DNA of 64,000 nt, taken from contig OY764265.1 of NCBI GenBank assembly GCA_963668355.1, positions 544,001-608,000 of the forward strand, written 5' to 3'. Positions 8,714-19,602 of this stretch are shown in pieces (within the stretch, counting starts at the first letter, position 1; each line of letters opens with the position of its first letter). This DNA is from Bdellovibrionota bacterium. Its GTDB lineage: Bacteria; Bdellovibrionota_G; JALEGL01; DATDPG01. Below the pieces are notes generated by a model that was not told the origin of the DNA, made no database searches, and saw only the letters and a program-made list of their open reading frames with translations. The position numbers and the translations under genes were made by a program.

Positions 8714-10777
8714 TTATAACAGGGCGACCAACGGAGCAAGAATCAGCGAAACCACCGACATCAACTTGATGAGGATGTTCATGGAGGGTCCACTGGTATC
8801 TTTGAAAGGATCTCCCACGGTATCTCCAACGACCGCGGCCTTATGAGCCTCCGAACCTTTTGCTTCTCCTTCGATTTCGCCTTTTTCAATCGCCTTTTTG
8901 GCGTTATCCCAGGCGCCTCCAGCGTTAGACATGAACAAGGCCAACAAAACACCGGAAACCGTCGCTCCAGCCAGCATGCCACCCAAACCAGCGGCCCCCA
9001 GGCCAAAGCCAACCACGACCGGAGAAAGAACAGCCAATAATCCAGGGGTGACCATTTCAGCTAAAGCGGCTCGCGTCGAGATATCCACACATCGAGCGGA
9101 ATCTGGTTTCGCGCCTTCTTTCCCTTCGAGTAATCCCGGAATCTCTCGGAACTGACGTCGAATTTCATCCACCATTTTTCCGGCGGCTTTTCCAACACTG
9201 GTCATGGTCATCGCACCGATCAAAAAGGGAAGCATCCCTCCCACCAAGAGACCAACCACAACTTTTGCGTCGGTAATGGCAATGCTGATCGCCTCCAAAC
9301 CATTTTGATGTCGAACGAAGTCCACGGCTTGCGTGTAGGCGGCAAACAAGGCCAAGGCGGTCAGGGCTGCGGAGCCGATGGCAAATCCTTTTCCGATGGC
9401 AGCCGTTGTGTTTCCAAGCGCATCCAAACCATCCGTGATCTTTCGAACGTCGGGCCCCAACCCACTCATTTCCGAAATTCCTCCCGCGTTATCCGCGACA
9501 GGACCATAAGCATCAACACTCATCGTGACGCCAACCGTAGCCAACATTCCAACCGCCGCCAAAGCGATGCCGTAAAGGCCCGCCACATGATTGGCCAGAA
9601 TAATCCCGCCACAAATCAATAAAATGGGAGCGGTACAACTTTCCAATCCCACGGCCAAACCATGAATGATGGTTGTTGCCGATCCGGTTTTGGACGCTTC
9701 CGCAATTCGGATGACGGGTTTGGATGCGGTGTAATATTCCGTCACCAAACCAATCGCAATTCCAACGAGCGTTCCTCCGAGAATGGCGAAAAAGATTTTA
9801 TTGGACACACCATAGGCACTCACCAAACCGTAAGCACTTAACAAAAACAAACCCGCGGCCACAAACGTGGAATAGCGAAGTGCGCTGGCCGGACCCATTC
9901 CTCTCAAAAGCCGAATGGAGAAAATTCCAATCAACGAAGAAACCAGGCCAACCACAGCTAACATGAGCGGAAGGAGCATCAGAATGCTTCTCAAAGAATG
10001 CTCATCCATATCCGGAGTGGCACCCAAGCGCATCAAAGAAGGTCCCACCAACGTAGCACCCAACGCAATGGAGGCCACAATGGAACCAACATAAGACTCG
10101 AAAATATCTGCTCCCATTCCAGCCACATCGCCAACATTGTCACCTACATTGTCGGCAATCACTCCGGGGTTTCGAGGATCATCTTCTGGAATTCCAGCTT
10201 CCACTTTTCCGACAAGATCGGAACCCACGTCAGCCGCTTTGGTGTAAATACCGCCCCCAACACGAGCAAAAAGTGCAATGGAACTGGCACCCATGGAAAA
10301 GCCGTTGATGATCTTCGCGGTGGATGGGTCCCCAAACAGATAAAACAAAATGCCCAGGCCCAATAGTCCCAAGCTGGCCACTGCCAACCCCATGACGGAA
10401 CCTCCCAAGAAAGCAGTCATGAGTGCCTGCGCCTGACCGGATTCTTTAGCTGCCGCGGCCGTTCGAACGTTTGCTTTGGTTGCCGATTTCATTCCAAAAA
10501 ATCCAGCCAAGACCGAGCAAAGCGCGCCCGCCACGAAGGCCAAAGCCGTATTCACCCCAATGTAAATGCCGAGCAGAATGGCCACAGCCAACACAAACAG
10601 CGAAAGAATCGAATATTCTCTCTTTAAAAAAGCCATCGCGCCGCGTTCGATTTCGGCAGCAATTTCTCTCATGACGTCCGTTCCAGAAGAACGCGAGGCC
10701 ACATTTCGGTAAATGAAAAAAGCGATAATCAGTCCAACCAGACCGGCAATCGGTGAAGCAATGATCCATTGAGACAT
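8714..10777 (-). CDS. hppA: Membrane-bound K+-dependent pyrophosphatase, probably Na+-translocating
   Basis: [43 protein letters not shown] (K+-dependent Ala), [14 protein letters not shown]. Confidence 0.96.
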   Translation of the reverse strand: MSQWIIASPIAGLVGLIIAFFIYRNVASRSSGTDVMREIAAEIERGAMAFLKREYSILSLFVLAVAILLGIYIGVNTALAFVAGALCSVLAGFFGMKSATKANVRTAAAAKESGQAQALMTAFLGGSVMGLAVASLGLLGLGILFYLFGDPSTAKIINGFSMGASSIALFARVGGGIYTKAADVGSDLVGKVEAGIPEDDPRNPGVIADNVGDNVGDVAGMGADIFESYVGSIVASIALGATLVGPSLMRLGATPDMDEHSLRSILMLLPLMLAVVGLVSSLIGIFSIRLLRGMGPASALRYSTFVAAGLFLLSAYGLVSAYGVSNKIFFAILGGTLVGIAIGLVTEYYTASKPVIRIAEASKTGSATTIIHGLAVGLESCTAPILLICGGIILANHVAGLYGIALAAVGMLATVGVTMSVDAYGPVADNAGGISEMSGLGPDVRKITDGLDALGNTTAAIGKGFAIGSAALTALALFAAYTQAVDFVRHQNGLEAISIAITDAKVVVGLLVGGMLPFLIGAMTMTSVGKAAGKMVDEIRRQFREIPGLLEGKEGAKPDSARCVDISTRAALAEMVTPGLLAVLSPVVVGFGLGAAGLGGMLAGATVSGVLLALFMSNAGGAWDNAKKAIEKGEIEGEAKGSEAHKAAVVGDTVGDPFKDTSGPSMNILIKLMSVVSLILAPLVALL

Positions 10778-10977
10778 TTCAATTCCTCCGCAGAATTTTT
10801 CTTGGTCCTCCCCTTGGGGCCAAAAAACATAGCATGTTCAAGAAGTTCGACCATTATATGGGCTAGATTCTCTTCGTCTAACGAATTTCCGAGAAATTTC
10901 AACCCTCCGCAAGCCGGAGCACCTTCTCTCCCAAAAGGGGATAGCATTTTACCCTCTCTCCCTGTATACGGGCGGGT

Positions 10978-11532
10978 GTGACGCAGAAGTGCCTTCTCAT
11001 ATCCATGCCTCAACTGAAGGACCCCTATTTTTCCAAAACGCTCACCTTACTGGCTGAGTTTAATAAAGAGGGGGCCATGGGCGTCATTTTGAATCGACCG
11101 TTGGCGGTTTCTCTCACCCATATTATGGGGGAAGAGATCAAAGAATCTCAAAAGCCCCCCACTCAACTCTTTTGGGGAGGTCCCGTCCAAAATGACCGTG
11201 GGTGGGTTCTTCATGAAGATGACGAATATGCTGATGAAAGTACGGAAATTGAACCGGGACTGTATCTCACAGCCTCGTCCAATGTTCTTCAAAAACTCAT
11301 CGACAAAGCTCAAACCCCAAATGCCCCTCGCTACCGCTTCTTTCTGGGGTATGCGGGATGGGATGCGGGACAGTTGGAACATGAAATGGCAGCCTCCAGC
11401 TGGGTGACCTCCCCCATTCACCGAGAGCTGCTTTTTGACGATGATTCCGAAACTCTTTGGGAAAGATCCTTGGCTAGAATGGGGGTGGATCCCATGAGTT
11501 TGGCCACATCCCCTCACGAAGAAGCAAACTAG
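10978..11532 (+). CDS. yqgE: YqgE/AlgH family protein
   Basis: LISMPQLKDPYF, GAMGVILNRP, GGPV, GYAGWDAGQLEHE. Confidence 0.93.
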   Translation: MTQKCLLISMPQLKDPYFSKTLTLLAEFNKEGAMGVILNRPLAVSLTHIMGEEIKESQKPPTQLFWGGPVQNDRGWVLHEDDEYADESTEIEPGLYLTASSNVLQKLIDKAQTPNAPRYRFFLGYAGWDAGQLEHEMAASSWVTSPIHRELLFDDDSETLWERSLARMGVDPMSLATSPHEEAN

Positions 11533-11572
11533 GGTTTCTTATTGTCTTAAAAAGGGGTAAAGCGCCCCTCCC

Positions 11573-12907
11573 ATGAAAAACACACTTCCTTTTGAAATCG
11601 GAGACGTTCGCTCGGGAACCATCGATGCCCTTTCCTACGGGGGTGAGGGGATCGCCCGTCCGAATGGAATCGCTGTATTTATTCCCCGAACGGCCCCGAA
11701 GGACGAAGTCAAATTCGAAATCACAGACGTCCGAAAAAAATATGCTCGAGGCAAGTTGATTGAACTTCAAACAGCTTCGCCTTTACGAACGGAACCCAAA
11801 TGCCCTCATTTCGAGAAGTGTGGAGGTTGCCACTATCAGCATCTCCCCGTCGAAACGGCCTCCAAAGAAAAACAAACCCAACTTTCAGAAACCCTCCGAC
11901 GCCTGGGTCCAGGGGAAACCCCTGTTCAACCCATTAAAACCTCTCCAGATTCATGGAATTACCGAAACCGACTGACCTACCATCGAGACGAAAACGGAAA
12001 CCAAGGATACATTTCCTGGACCGACTATCGCGTGCTGGATGTCGAACATTGTCCACTGGCTAAGCCCGAACTCAACGACATATGGAAAAAGGTTCGAGAA
12101 AACCTTAAAGAGGTTTCCTCCTCTACCCTTCCGTATGTGGTGTTAAGGTCCACCAACACAGGTGAAAAAGCCGTCATCTTAAGCATTGCCCTTGAAGAGG
12201 GAGAAGAAGTCCGTTTGGAGGAAATCCGCGAACATACACAGCCCCTTTCTTCGATCGCCAACATCTTCGTGTCGTTTGTAAAACCCGGATCCAAATCCGC
12301 TTTGGGAAAAGAGTTGCACTGCCTTCACGGCCAATCCACGTTTCGAGAAAAAGTGGGAAACGTTGAATTCCTTTTGCGTCCGGATTTATTCTTTCAGGTT
12401 CATCCCTCCATCACCGAAGAACTCGTCGGAGATGTTTTGAGTGAAGCCCGGCAAAGCAAGGGGCAAACAGCCTTGGACCTTTACTGCGGGGCGGGACTAT
12501 TTTCTCTCTCTTTAGCCAAAGCGGGAATAACCACATTGGGGGTTGAGGTCCAACACGAAGCCGTTCAATCCGCTCAAATGAGTGCCAAAGAAAACGGCCT
12601 GGGAGAAAAGGCAGAGTTTCGCGCGGGAAAAGCGGACCGCATTGTGGAAAAACTTGTCCGAGCCAATCAAACATTCGACATCATTGTCGTAGACCCTCCA
12701 CGAAAGGGTCTTCAACCCAAGGTCATCGAGGCGATTCCCAAATTAGGAGCACATACGATTTTATATGTGTCTTGCTCGCCTCCTACCTTGGCAAGAGACT
12801 TGAAAATTTTGAATGGCGTTGGGTACCACGTGGAAAAAGTTCAACCGTACGACCTTTTTCCCCAAACCTACCATTTGGAAACTCTGGCTGTGTTGAGACG
12901 AAAGTAA
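11573..12907 (+). CDS. rlmD: 23S rRNA (uracil-5)-methyltransferase, RlmD family
   Basis: TRAM domain, CPHFEKCGGC Fe-S motif, FFQV, LDLYCGAG, VVDPPRKG, YVSC, DLFPQTYHLE. Confidence 0.93.
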   Translation: MKNTLPFEIGDVRSGTIDALSYGGEGIARPNGIAVFIPRTAPKDEVKFEITDVRKKYARGKLIELQTASPLRTEPKCPHFEKCGGCHYQHLPVETASKEKQTQLSETLRRLGPGETPVQPIKTSPDSWNYRNRLTYHRDENGNQGYISWTDYRVLDVEHCPLAKPELNDIWKKVRENLKEVSSSTLPYVVLRSTNTGEKAVILSIALEEGEEVRLEEIREHTQPLSSIANIFVSFVKPGSKSALGKELHCLHGQSTFREKVGNVEFLLRPDLFFQVHPSITEELVGDVLSEARQSKGQTALDLYCGAGLFSLSLAKAGITTLGVEVQHEAVQSAQMSAKENGLGEKAEFRAGKADRIVEKLVRANQTFDIIVVDPPRKGLQPKVIEAIPKLGAHTILYVSCSPPTLARDLKILNGVGYHVEKVQPYDLFPQTYHLETLAVLRRK

Positions 12908-14052
12908 ACCACGAGAAAAAGTAGAAAAAAGGCCCAGGGACTCGAAGCAGCCTGACAACCTGAAGAATTCGTTGGCGAATCATCGTTGGATGCCGATGAA
13001 AACACAACTGGAAAGCCCTCTTCGTTCATCACACCCTCTGCATCGAAAACGTAGAGATAATAACTTTCCTCTCTTGAAAAGCTTCCTTGATTGGCCCTAA
13101 ACCGGGCTTCGGTCGAAGACCAGGCTTCGGGAATTTGAATTTCCCAATGCGAAACCGAGGTCCAGTTGGGGGCGTCTCCAATGGCGATTTTTGCCAATGT
13201 GTTGTCGATGTAGATTTCTCCCCAATCCATGGTCGTATCACTAAAATGATCTCGCCAATCGTCCAACGAATCGAAACCGAGGACATGAAAATACTTCAGA
13301 GGATATCCTGCGTAGACATTGTCAAAATGAAAAATTCGATCATTGTCCACATAGAAACTAAACTCACCATTTCCTGAGGCATATCCCCCATCACGATCAT
13401 CCGCTGTAATCTCAATGTGATGCCAAACATAAGAAACATCTCCTCCCCAAGAAACCCATTGCGTCTCCGTTGAAAGATCTTCGCTCACCGTACATCCACA
13501 AAGAGAGGTTTGGCAGGTACACCCCCCATAGCTCGAAAAACCGTTATCATCCACATATAGCCGATTAAATTTAAAGTTGCCCTGTCCGTTATAACCAGGT
13601 GTTGCATCTACCCGCATCCAATAGTTCGCAATGAGATCGTTCGCGATGGAGAAATCATCCTGGCTGCGGAGGAACCCTTTACCAATCACGCGATAGTGAG
13701 GATGTGAGGCTCTTGGATCGTCCGTCGAGAACCTAGGCTCGTCACCCCAAGAGTCTGGAATATTATCTCTCCAAGGACAGTCTTCACAGCCACCCGCGAG
13801 GACCGGGACCACCTCCCCATCCGACCAACCATCATAGGCTTCTTGATTGTCAATCGTATCCCAGAACATGGGAGTCGCTGGATCTTTTAAACCGAAACCG
13901 GTCCCAGAAATGACAAAACTTTGTCCGTGCGCGAGCGAGTCAGCTGAATTCACAGTTTCAATCTCTGGGGTTGCATAGGCAGCGGAAGAAAAAAACAGGA
14001 TCAACCCGAAAGAAATGTTCCAAAACGGATTGGATTGTTGATTCAATTTCAT
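12868..14052 (-). CDS. Exported beta-rich protein with MYXO-CTERM-like C-terminal anchor
   Basis: Signal peptide ending SAAYA; ISGTGFG; acidic/aromatic core; tail SSGCQAASSPWAFFLLFLVVYFR. Overlaps the rlmD 3' end by 40 bp. Confidence 0.8.
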   Translation of the reverse strand: MKLNQQSNPFWNISFGLILFFSSAAYATPEIETVNSADSLAHGQSFVISGTGFGLKDPATPMFWDTIDNQEAYDGWSDGEVVPVLAGGCEDCPWRDNIPDSWGDEPRFSTDDPRASHPHYRVIGKGFLRSQDDFSIANDLIANYWMRVDATPGYNGQGNFKFNRLYVDDNGFSSYGGCTCQTSLCGCTVSEDLSTETQWVSWGGDVSYVWHHIEITADDRDGGYASGNGEFSFYVDNDRIFHFDNVYAGYPLKYFHVLGFDSLDDWRDHFSDTTMDWGEIYIDNTLAKIAIGDAPNWTSVSHWEIQIPEAWSSTEARFRANQGSFSREESYYLYVFDAEGVMNEEGFPVVFSSASNDDSPTNSSGCQAASSPWAFFLLFLVVYFRLNTARVSKW

Positions 14053-14065
14053 AAAAACCCCGTGA

Positions 14066-15847
14066 CTAGATAATCAATCTGACGCCGCCCAAATCTGAAA
14101 TCCGGTGAGGGAACTTGGCGCTCGGAGCTCCAATAAACATATAGTTTTTGGGAATGCCAAACTCTTCGGAAAGCTCTTCAATCAATTCAGGGCCGAAATG
14201 TCCTTTTCGAAGAACTAATTCAATACGCACATCGGGATACATTTCATCCAGCATTTTCAGATCATGTTCCAAGTTGGGCGGAATCTCGCTCTCGTCATCA
14301 TAAACATGAATGACAGCCACATATTGCGTGATCTCGTTCTCTCTCACATAGAGCATAGCTTGATTTAAGTGAGGAAGGCGCTCGCCTTTTGTGAAAAAGA
14401 TGATTCCATGACTATTGATTTCACTGAGCCACTCTTGCACACGATTATTCAGTCTTGAGTTCATGCTCTGAATGCTTTTGGTGATATCGTTTGCCAACCA
14501 AAGCAGCATGCGAAAAAGATTGTGGCGAAAGAGCATCAAGGAAACAAAGGCCAAGGTCGGAAGGAAATAAATGAAAAACACCTTCACAATATTGATTTCG
14601 GATCGGCTTTGATCGATCAAGTAGTTTCCAAAAATCCCGGATAATGTCGCCGCCAAAGCCACCAGTATGGCCAACCAGCTGGCGCGATATTTTCGCGGAA
14701 GTTGAGCACGTCGAACCTTCAATAAGATATTTCCAATGGCGAACAGACTCATCACACCCAAAAATGAAATCGTGTACACACCGGCCAAGGAAAGCAGGTT
14801 TCCTTGCGTCAGGAGCATGATGGAACTGCATAGGGCAAAGAAAAGAATGACAATCCAATGTTGCGTGCCTCTCGGATTCGTCAACAACAGGAATTGGGGC
14901 AAGCAACGATCCAGAGCCATTCGTCGAATCAGTCCGGCAGATCCTACGAAACTGGTCAAAACAGCTCCAGACAAAACCAAGGCTGCATCAATGGAAATGA
15001 ACATATGGAGCGGACTGCCGCCCAAATTATGCGCCACATTGGCCAGTAGAAAATCTCGATTTTCAGGATGAACAATTTCATGCATCGGCATGACAGAAAG
15101 CGCAATCAAGGCAATGAGTGGGTTAAAAATAAAAACGGCCGTCCACATATTTCTCAATGTTTTCGGAAAAACGTCTTCTTTTTGTTCCTCAATGAAGTTT
15201 GCGGAACTTTCGAAACCGCTCACCCCCAGCAGTCCGGCGGAAAAACCAAGAAAAAGAGCCATCATTAAACTGTTTTCTGAAGGAAGAGACCAGTTGAGCT
15301 GAAAAATGGATGGGTCGATAAAGAGTTGACTCAATCCCAGAACCAAAAGCAAGGTGAGCGCAACCATATGAATCACAAAAATCGACAATGCGACGCGCGC
15401 AGATTCGGTGATTCCTAAAATCGTTAGGAAAGCAAATAAGCCCAGCAATACCAAGGTGGCCGGGATATGAGGAAGGCTTGGCAAAATCGTTCGAGCGTAG
15501 GCAATGGCGGTCGAGGAGCTAATGACGGCCGTTGCCACATAAGAAAGAATGGTCATGCAAGCGGCCATAGAGGCCTTGAACTTAGTCGTGGTGTTTAAGA
15601 GCGCATTATAGGCTCCACCATTCAAGGGAAGAGCATCCCCAACCTCGGCATAAATCCCTCGATAGAGATAGAGCAACCCCGCCACGAGTAGCAGAACGAT
15701 GGGAGAAAGGGCCCCGGCATAGGTGGTGGCAATCGCGGCTACATACAAACAACTTGACGTAATGTCGTTTCCACAAATTCCGGTGGCCAACCACTGTCCC
15801 AATTTTTCTTTTCGAGAAGGAAGAACGTCTCGCCCCGCACTGGACAT
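14066..15847 (-). CDS. APC-family amino acid permease with C-terminal cytoplasmic domain (start may lie up to 15988)
   Basis: ATGICGNDITSSCLY, ALPLNGGAYN, SGFESSANFIEEQ, multiple TM segments. Confidence 0.9.
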   Translation of the reverse strand: MSSAGRDVLPSRKEKLGQWLATGICGNDITSSCLYVAAIATTYAGALSPIVLLLVAGLLYLYRGIYAEVGDALPLNGGAYNALLNTTTKFKASMAACMTILSYVATAVISSSTAIAYARTILPSLPHIPATLVLLGLFAFLTILGITESARVALSIFVIHMVALTLLLVLGLSQLFIDPSIFQLNWSLPSENSLMMALFLGFSAGLLGVSGFESSANFIEEQKEDVFPKTLRNMWTAVFIFNPLIALIALSVMPMHEIVHPENRDFLLANVAHNLGGSPLHMFISIDAALVLSGAVLTSFVGSAGLIRRMALDRCLPQFLLLTNPRGTQHWIVILFFALCSSIMLLTQGNLLSLAGVYTISFLGVMSLFAIGNILLKVRRAQLPRKYRASWLAILVALAATLSGIFGNYLIDQSRSEINIVKVFFIYFLPTLAFVSLMLFRHNLFRMLLWLANDITKSIQSMNSRLNNRVQEWLSEINSHGIIFFTKGERLPHLNQAMLYVRENEITQYVAVIHVYDDESEIPPNLEHDLKMLDEMYPDVRIELVLRKGHFGPELIEELSEEFGIPKNYMFIGAPSAKFPHRISDLGGVRLII

Positions 15848-16055
15848 GAACCATCTGGAACGCTGCAATGAGGGCCTTTCCAAAATGGCAAAAGGTTTGG
15901 AAGTGGCATCGCCTTCTTTTCGTTTTCGAAGTTTCAAATTCATGCTCTTGGTCCGAGTTCGATTTCCGGTCTTACGCGTCCGGATCACACTTTTGAAAAC
16001 TGAATTTCTGTTTTTCTGTTTCCAATATATTCAAATAGTTAGGAAATATCTAATT

Positions 16056-16070
16056 TGGCACCCTCTTTGC
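16056..16070 (+). promoter_or_regulatory. sigma54 -24/-12 promoter of the Tad operon, with an upstream IHF-like site (16029-16041)
   Basis: TGGCACC-CTCT-TTGC; ATTCAAatagTTA upstream. Confidence 0.8.
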
Positions 16071-16083
16071 CCTATGTCGGTTC

Positions 16084-17484
16084 ATGCGTCAACTGCAGAT
16101 CATTTTGATTTTCACCCTCTGTCTAGGAGCTTGGGCGCTTCCGGCTCAAGGCGGGCAACGAATTCTCCTGGCTCCCGGTCACCAAAAAGTGCTTGAAACC
16201 CCGGGAATCACACGAGCGGCAATCGGAAACCCGGAAGTCGCAGACGTAAAAGCGCTCCACAAAACCCAACAAGTCATCGTCACGGGAAAAAGCAATGGCT
16301 CAACGGATTTGATTGTGTGGACCCAAAAAGGAAAGAAAAAAACCTTTTCGATTCACGTCACCACCCGTACACGGAACCAGCCTGGAGAAATTCGAACGCT
16401 TCTAAAGGGAATCGAGGGCATTGAGATTCGAGATGTTGGCGGTCAAACCATCATTGATGGCCAAATTTACCGCGGAGAAGATTTGGATCGAATTCGAAGC
16501 ATTCTGGAGGTCTACCCCCAAGTCGTCAACCTCGCTCGCGTGAATTCAAGAGCCCTGAATTTCATCGCCAAACAGGTTGAATCCGCCATGGAGGCCGCTG
16601 ATTTGACAGGCATTCAAGCCCGACCCGCTGGAGACAATCTGTTTTTGGAAGGCCAAGTCAGCGGCCCCAAAGAAGCTGAGAGAGCCCTGAGTATCGCAAA
16701 AACCATTTATTCTTCGGTCACCGACCATCTCTCCCGTGGCGTCGAAATCGAACCATTAATCTTGGTCGATGTAAAAATGATGGAGGTTCGGAAAAACAAC
16801 CTCGCCGACATTGGGTTGAAGTGGCCTTCGAATTCGACTTTGATTGCCTCGGGATCTTTGCGCCCCAACATTTTCACCGGAAGCCTCACTCTGGGATCCA
16901 ACACAACGGCCACACTTCACACACTTATGGAAAAGGGTGCCGCAAAGATGTTGGCCAATCCTCGTCTCCTCTGCCGAAGTGGAACGCCAGCCTCATTCCT
17001 TGCGGGAGGAGAGATTCCCATTCCGCTCATTGGTGAACGGACCACCAGTGTCACATTTAAAAAATATGGGATTCTGTTGAACGTCACCGCCCAGGCAGAT
17101 CAATCCAACCAGGTGATGTTGGAAATCGATGCCAAAGTCAGCGACTTGGATCACGCAAATGCCATTAAAGATATTCCAGGAACTTTGGAAAACAGCGTAA
17201 AAACCGCCGCAAATCTTCGCTTTGGCGACACCGTAGTCCTGGCCGGTCTCGTCGAAAACCGATCCAAAAAGAACGTAAGTAAGTTCCCTCTTCTGGGAAG
17301 CATTCCCATCATTGGAGAACTGTTCAAAAGCCGTTCCTTTCGAAACAACGAAACGGAGTTTTTAATGTTTCTTACGCCGATACCCGCAGGGGTCGGTTCG
17401 TCTGCCCACCGTCATCCCATTCGAGCCATGCAGGAGTCTCTGGAAGAAACCACTGAAGATATTGAATTCTCACTTTTGGACTAA
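16084..17484 (+). CDS. cpaC: Tad/Flp pilus secretin (CpaC/RcpA)
   Basis: Signal peptide; AAIGNPEVADV, BON-like region, ASFLAGGEIPIP, KFPLLGSIPIIGELFKSR. Confidence 0.92.
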   Translation: MRQLQIILIFTLCLGAWALPAQGGQRILLAPGHQKVLETPGITRAAIGNPEVADVKALHKTQQVIVTGKSNGSTDLIVWTQKGKKKTFSIHVTTRTRNQPGEIRTLLKGIEGIEIRDVGGQTIIDGQIYRGEDLDRIRSILEVYPQVVNLARVNSRALNFIAKQVESAMEAADLTGIQARPAGDNLFLEGQVSGPKEAERALSIAKTIYSSVTDHLSRGVEIEPLILVDVKMMEVRKNNLADIGLKWPSNSTLIASGSLRPNIFTGSLTLGSNTTATLHTLMEKGAAKMLANPRLLCRSGTPASFLAGGEIPIPLIGERTTSVTFKKYGILLNVTAQADQSNQVMLEIDAKVSDLDHANAIKDIPGTLENSVKTAANLRFGDTVVLAGLVENRSKKNVSKFPLLGSIPIIGELFKSRSFRNNETEFLMFLTPIPAGVGSSAHRHPIRAMQESLEETTEDIEFSLLD

Positions 17485-17486
17485 AT

Positions 17487-18767
17487 ATGAAACCACTAAG
17501 CCCACAAACCAATCGTCAAAAAGCGAAAGCCTTCCTACACAAAAACCTTCTGGAGATCATCGATCTCCGGAGAACCGACTACGGAGAATTGCGAAGCCAA
17601 TCTCTTCGGGGAAAGGTTGAATCCCTCGTCAAACAATGTCTCCAAAAAATGAGCGACCCCCAGCTCCTCAGTGACGACAGGCTGGTCACGGAAATCGTGG
17701 ATGAGGCCATCGGTTTGGGACCTCTCGAAATTCTTCTTCGAGATGAATCCGTCACGGAGATCATGGTCAATGGGCCTTCGGAAATTTTTGTGGAACGAAA
17801 AGGAATCATTGAACGCACGGCCACTCAATTCATCAGCGAAACTTCTTTGCGGAGCGTAATGGATCGAATCGTATCTCCGTTGGGTCGACGCGTGGACGAA
17901 TCGTCGCCCATGGTGGATGCCCGACTGAAGGATGGATCTCGCGTGAACATCATCATCCCTCCCCTTGCGTTAAATGGGCCCACCATCACGATTCGAAAGT
18001 TTTCTGCAAAGCCGCTATCCATTTCACGCCTGATCGGCTTGGGGGCGATCTCCAAAGAGGCTTCCATGTTTCTAAATCTCGCCGTGAAATTTCGAAAGAA
18101 CATCATCATCGCAGGTGGAACCGGGTCCGGAAAAACAACGCTTTTAAACGCACTCTCCGGCTTCATTCCTACCAACGAACGAATTGTAACCATTGAGGAT
18201 GCGGCAGAGTTAAAACTTCCCCAAGAGCATGTCGTTTCGCTGGAAGCCCGACCCGCCAACGTGGAAGGGAAAGGCATCGTTTCCATCCGTGATCTGGTTC
18301 GGAATGCCCTCCGCATGCGTCCCGATCGAGTGGTCGTAGGGGAATGTCGAGGCGGAGAAGCGCTCGACATGCTGCAAGCCATGAACACCGGCCATGACGG
18401 ATCCCTCACAACCGCACACGCGAACTCGCCTCGTGACACCTTGTTGAGATTGGAAACCATGGTCTTGATGTCAGGCTTTGATCTTCCGCTTCGTGCCATT
18501 CGAGAACAGATCTCCAGCGCTCTGGACATCATTCTTTTTCAATCTCGCTTTGCAGACGGCACTCGAAAAGTGACGCATATTTCTGAAATTTGTGGAACGG
18601 AGGGCGACACCATTGTGACGCAGGACCTTTTTCTTCGTAAGAAAAGTGAACATGCCCTAACCCCAACAGGTCGAATGCCCAGGTTCTTCGATGACCTTTC
18701 TCAAAAAGAACGAAGTGCATTTGTGAAACTCCTTCAGAATGGAGAAAACCAATATGTTGCTGCTTAG
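17487..18767 (+). CDS. cpaF: Tad pilus assembly ATPase (CpaF/TadA)
   Basis: GLGPLE, EIMVNG, SPMVDARL, GGTGSGKTT, LRMRPDRVVVGECRG, AMNTGHDGS. Confidence 0.96.
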   Translation: MKPLSPQTNRQKAKAFLHKNLLEIIDLRRTDYGELRSQSLRGKVESLVKQCLQKMSDPQLLSDDRLVTEIVDEAIGLGPLEILLRDESVTEIMVNGPSEIFVERKGIIERTATQFISETSLRSVMDRIVSPLGRRVDESSPMVDARLKDGSRVNIIIPPLALNGPTITIRKFSAKPLSISRLIGLGAISKEASMFLNLAVKFRKNIIIAGGTGSGKTTLLNALSGFIPTNERIVTIEDAAELKLPQEHVVSLEARPANVEGKGIVSIRDLVRNALRMRPDRVVVGECRGGEALDMLQAMNTGHDGSLTTAHANSPRDTLLRLETMVLMSGFDLPLRAIREQISSALDIILFQSRFADGTRKVTHISEICGTEGDTIVTQDLFLRKKSEHALTPTGRMPRFFDDLSQKERSAFVKLLQNGENQYVAA

Positions 18768-19602
18768 TGCGTTATTTTTTGGCGTGGCCCTTTGTTTGTT
18801 CTTACTCCCCCACCTCCGTCAGCAACAATCCAAATTCAAAAACCTTGAGCAGGAATGGCTCTCTTCGATGAAGAAAGGCATGGCTCAAGAATTCATGTTC
18901 ATCGACCCCTTACGTCTTCGAGTGAAATTACGCTGGATTGCCTTGATCGGTTTGGGCATTTCAATTGCAACGTTCTCACTTTTGCCTTTTCTTGTTTCCC
19001 TTTTAGCTGCGTGGCTCATCCCATTCTTTGCCCTCAAACTCATTCAGCGTCGAAGAAGAACGTTATTCAAACAACAATTCTCTCAGGCCCTTCCCCAAAT
19101 CTCCTCCATTTTGAAGGCGGGGCACCCCTTTGAGCGGGCCCTTGAATCCTTGAGTGAGACCGCTCCCAACCCCTTGCGACAAGAACTCGGACTCGTTTTA
19201 AAAGAACTCAAACTTGGACATTCTTTAAACCAGGCACTGGACAACCTATTGAAACGATTTCCCAATCGGGACTTGGAAATCGTTATTCGAGCCGTTCAAA
19301 TTTCCAAGCGTGTAGGGTCCAATCTGGGTGAAGTCTTTGACCGAGTAGCCGAAACGGTTCGAAATCGTTCCATCTTAATGGATCGCCTATCCACTTTGAC
19401 CACACAAGGAAGGGCACAGGCCTGGATTGCCATGTTGATGCCTGTGCTGATGATCATTCCCCTTCAATTGTTCGCACCGGGCTATCTGACGCCTCTTCTG
19501 GATACTCGTGTCGGCCACTTTGTCATCGGCCTGTGCCTGGTCATGCTGACCATTGGCGGCATTTGGATTCATCGAATCAGCAAAATGGAGTTAATGAAAT
19601 GA
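18754..19602 (+). CDS. tadB: Tad inner-membrane platform protein TadB
   Basis: T2SSF-type domain (LKAGHPF...GSNLGEVFDRVAETVR...TTQGR); ATG after GGAG; follows cpaF. Confidence 0.9.
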   Translation: MLLLSALFFGVALCLFLLPHLRQQQSKFKNLEQEWLSSMKKGMAQEFMFIDPLRLRVKLRWIALIGLGISIATFSLLPFLVSLLAAWLIPFFALKLIQRRRRTLFKQQFSQALPQISSILKAGHPFERALESLSETAPNPLRQELGLVLKELKLGHSLNQALDNLLKRFPNRDLEIVIRAVQISKRVGSNLGEVFDRVAETVRNRSILMDRLSTLTTQGRAQAWIAMLMPVLMIIPLQLFAPGYLTPLLDTRVGHFVIGLCLVMLTIGGIWIHRISKMELMK

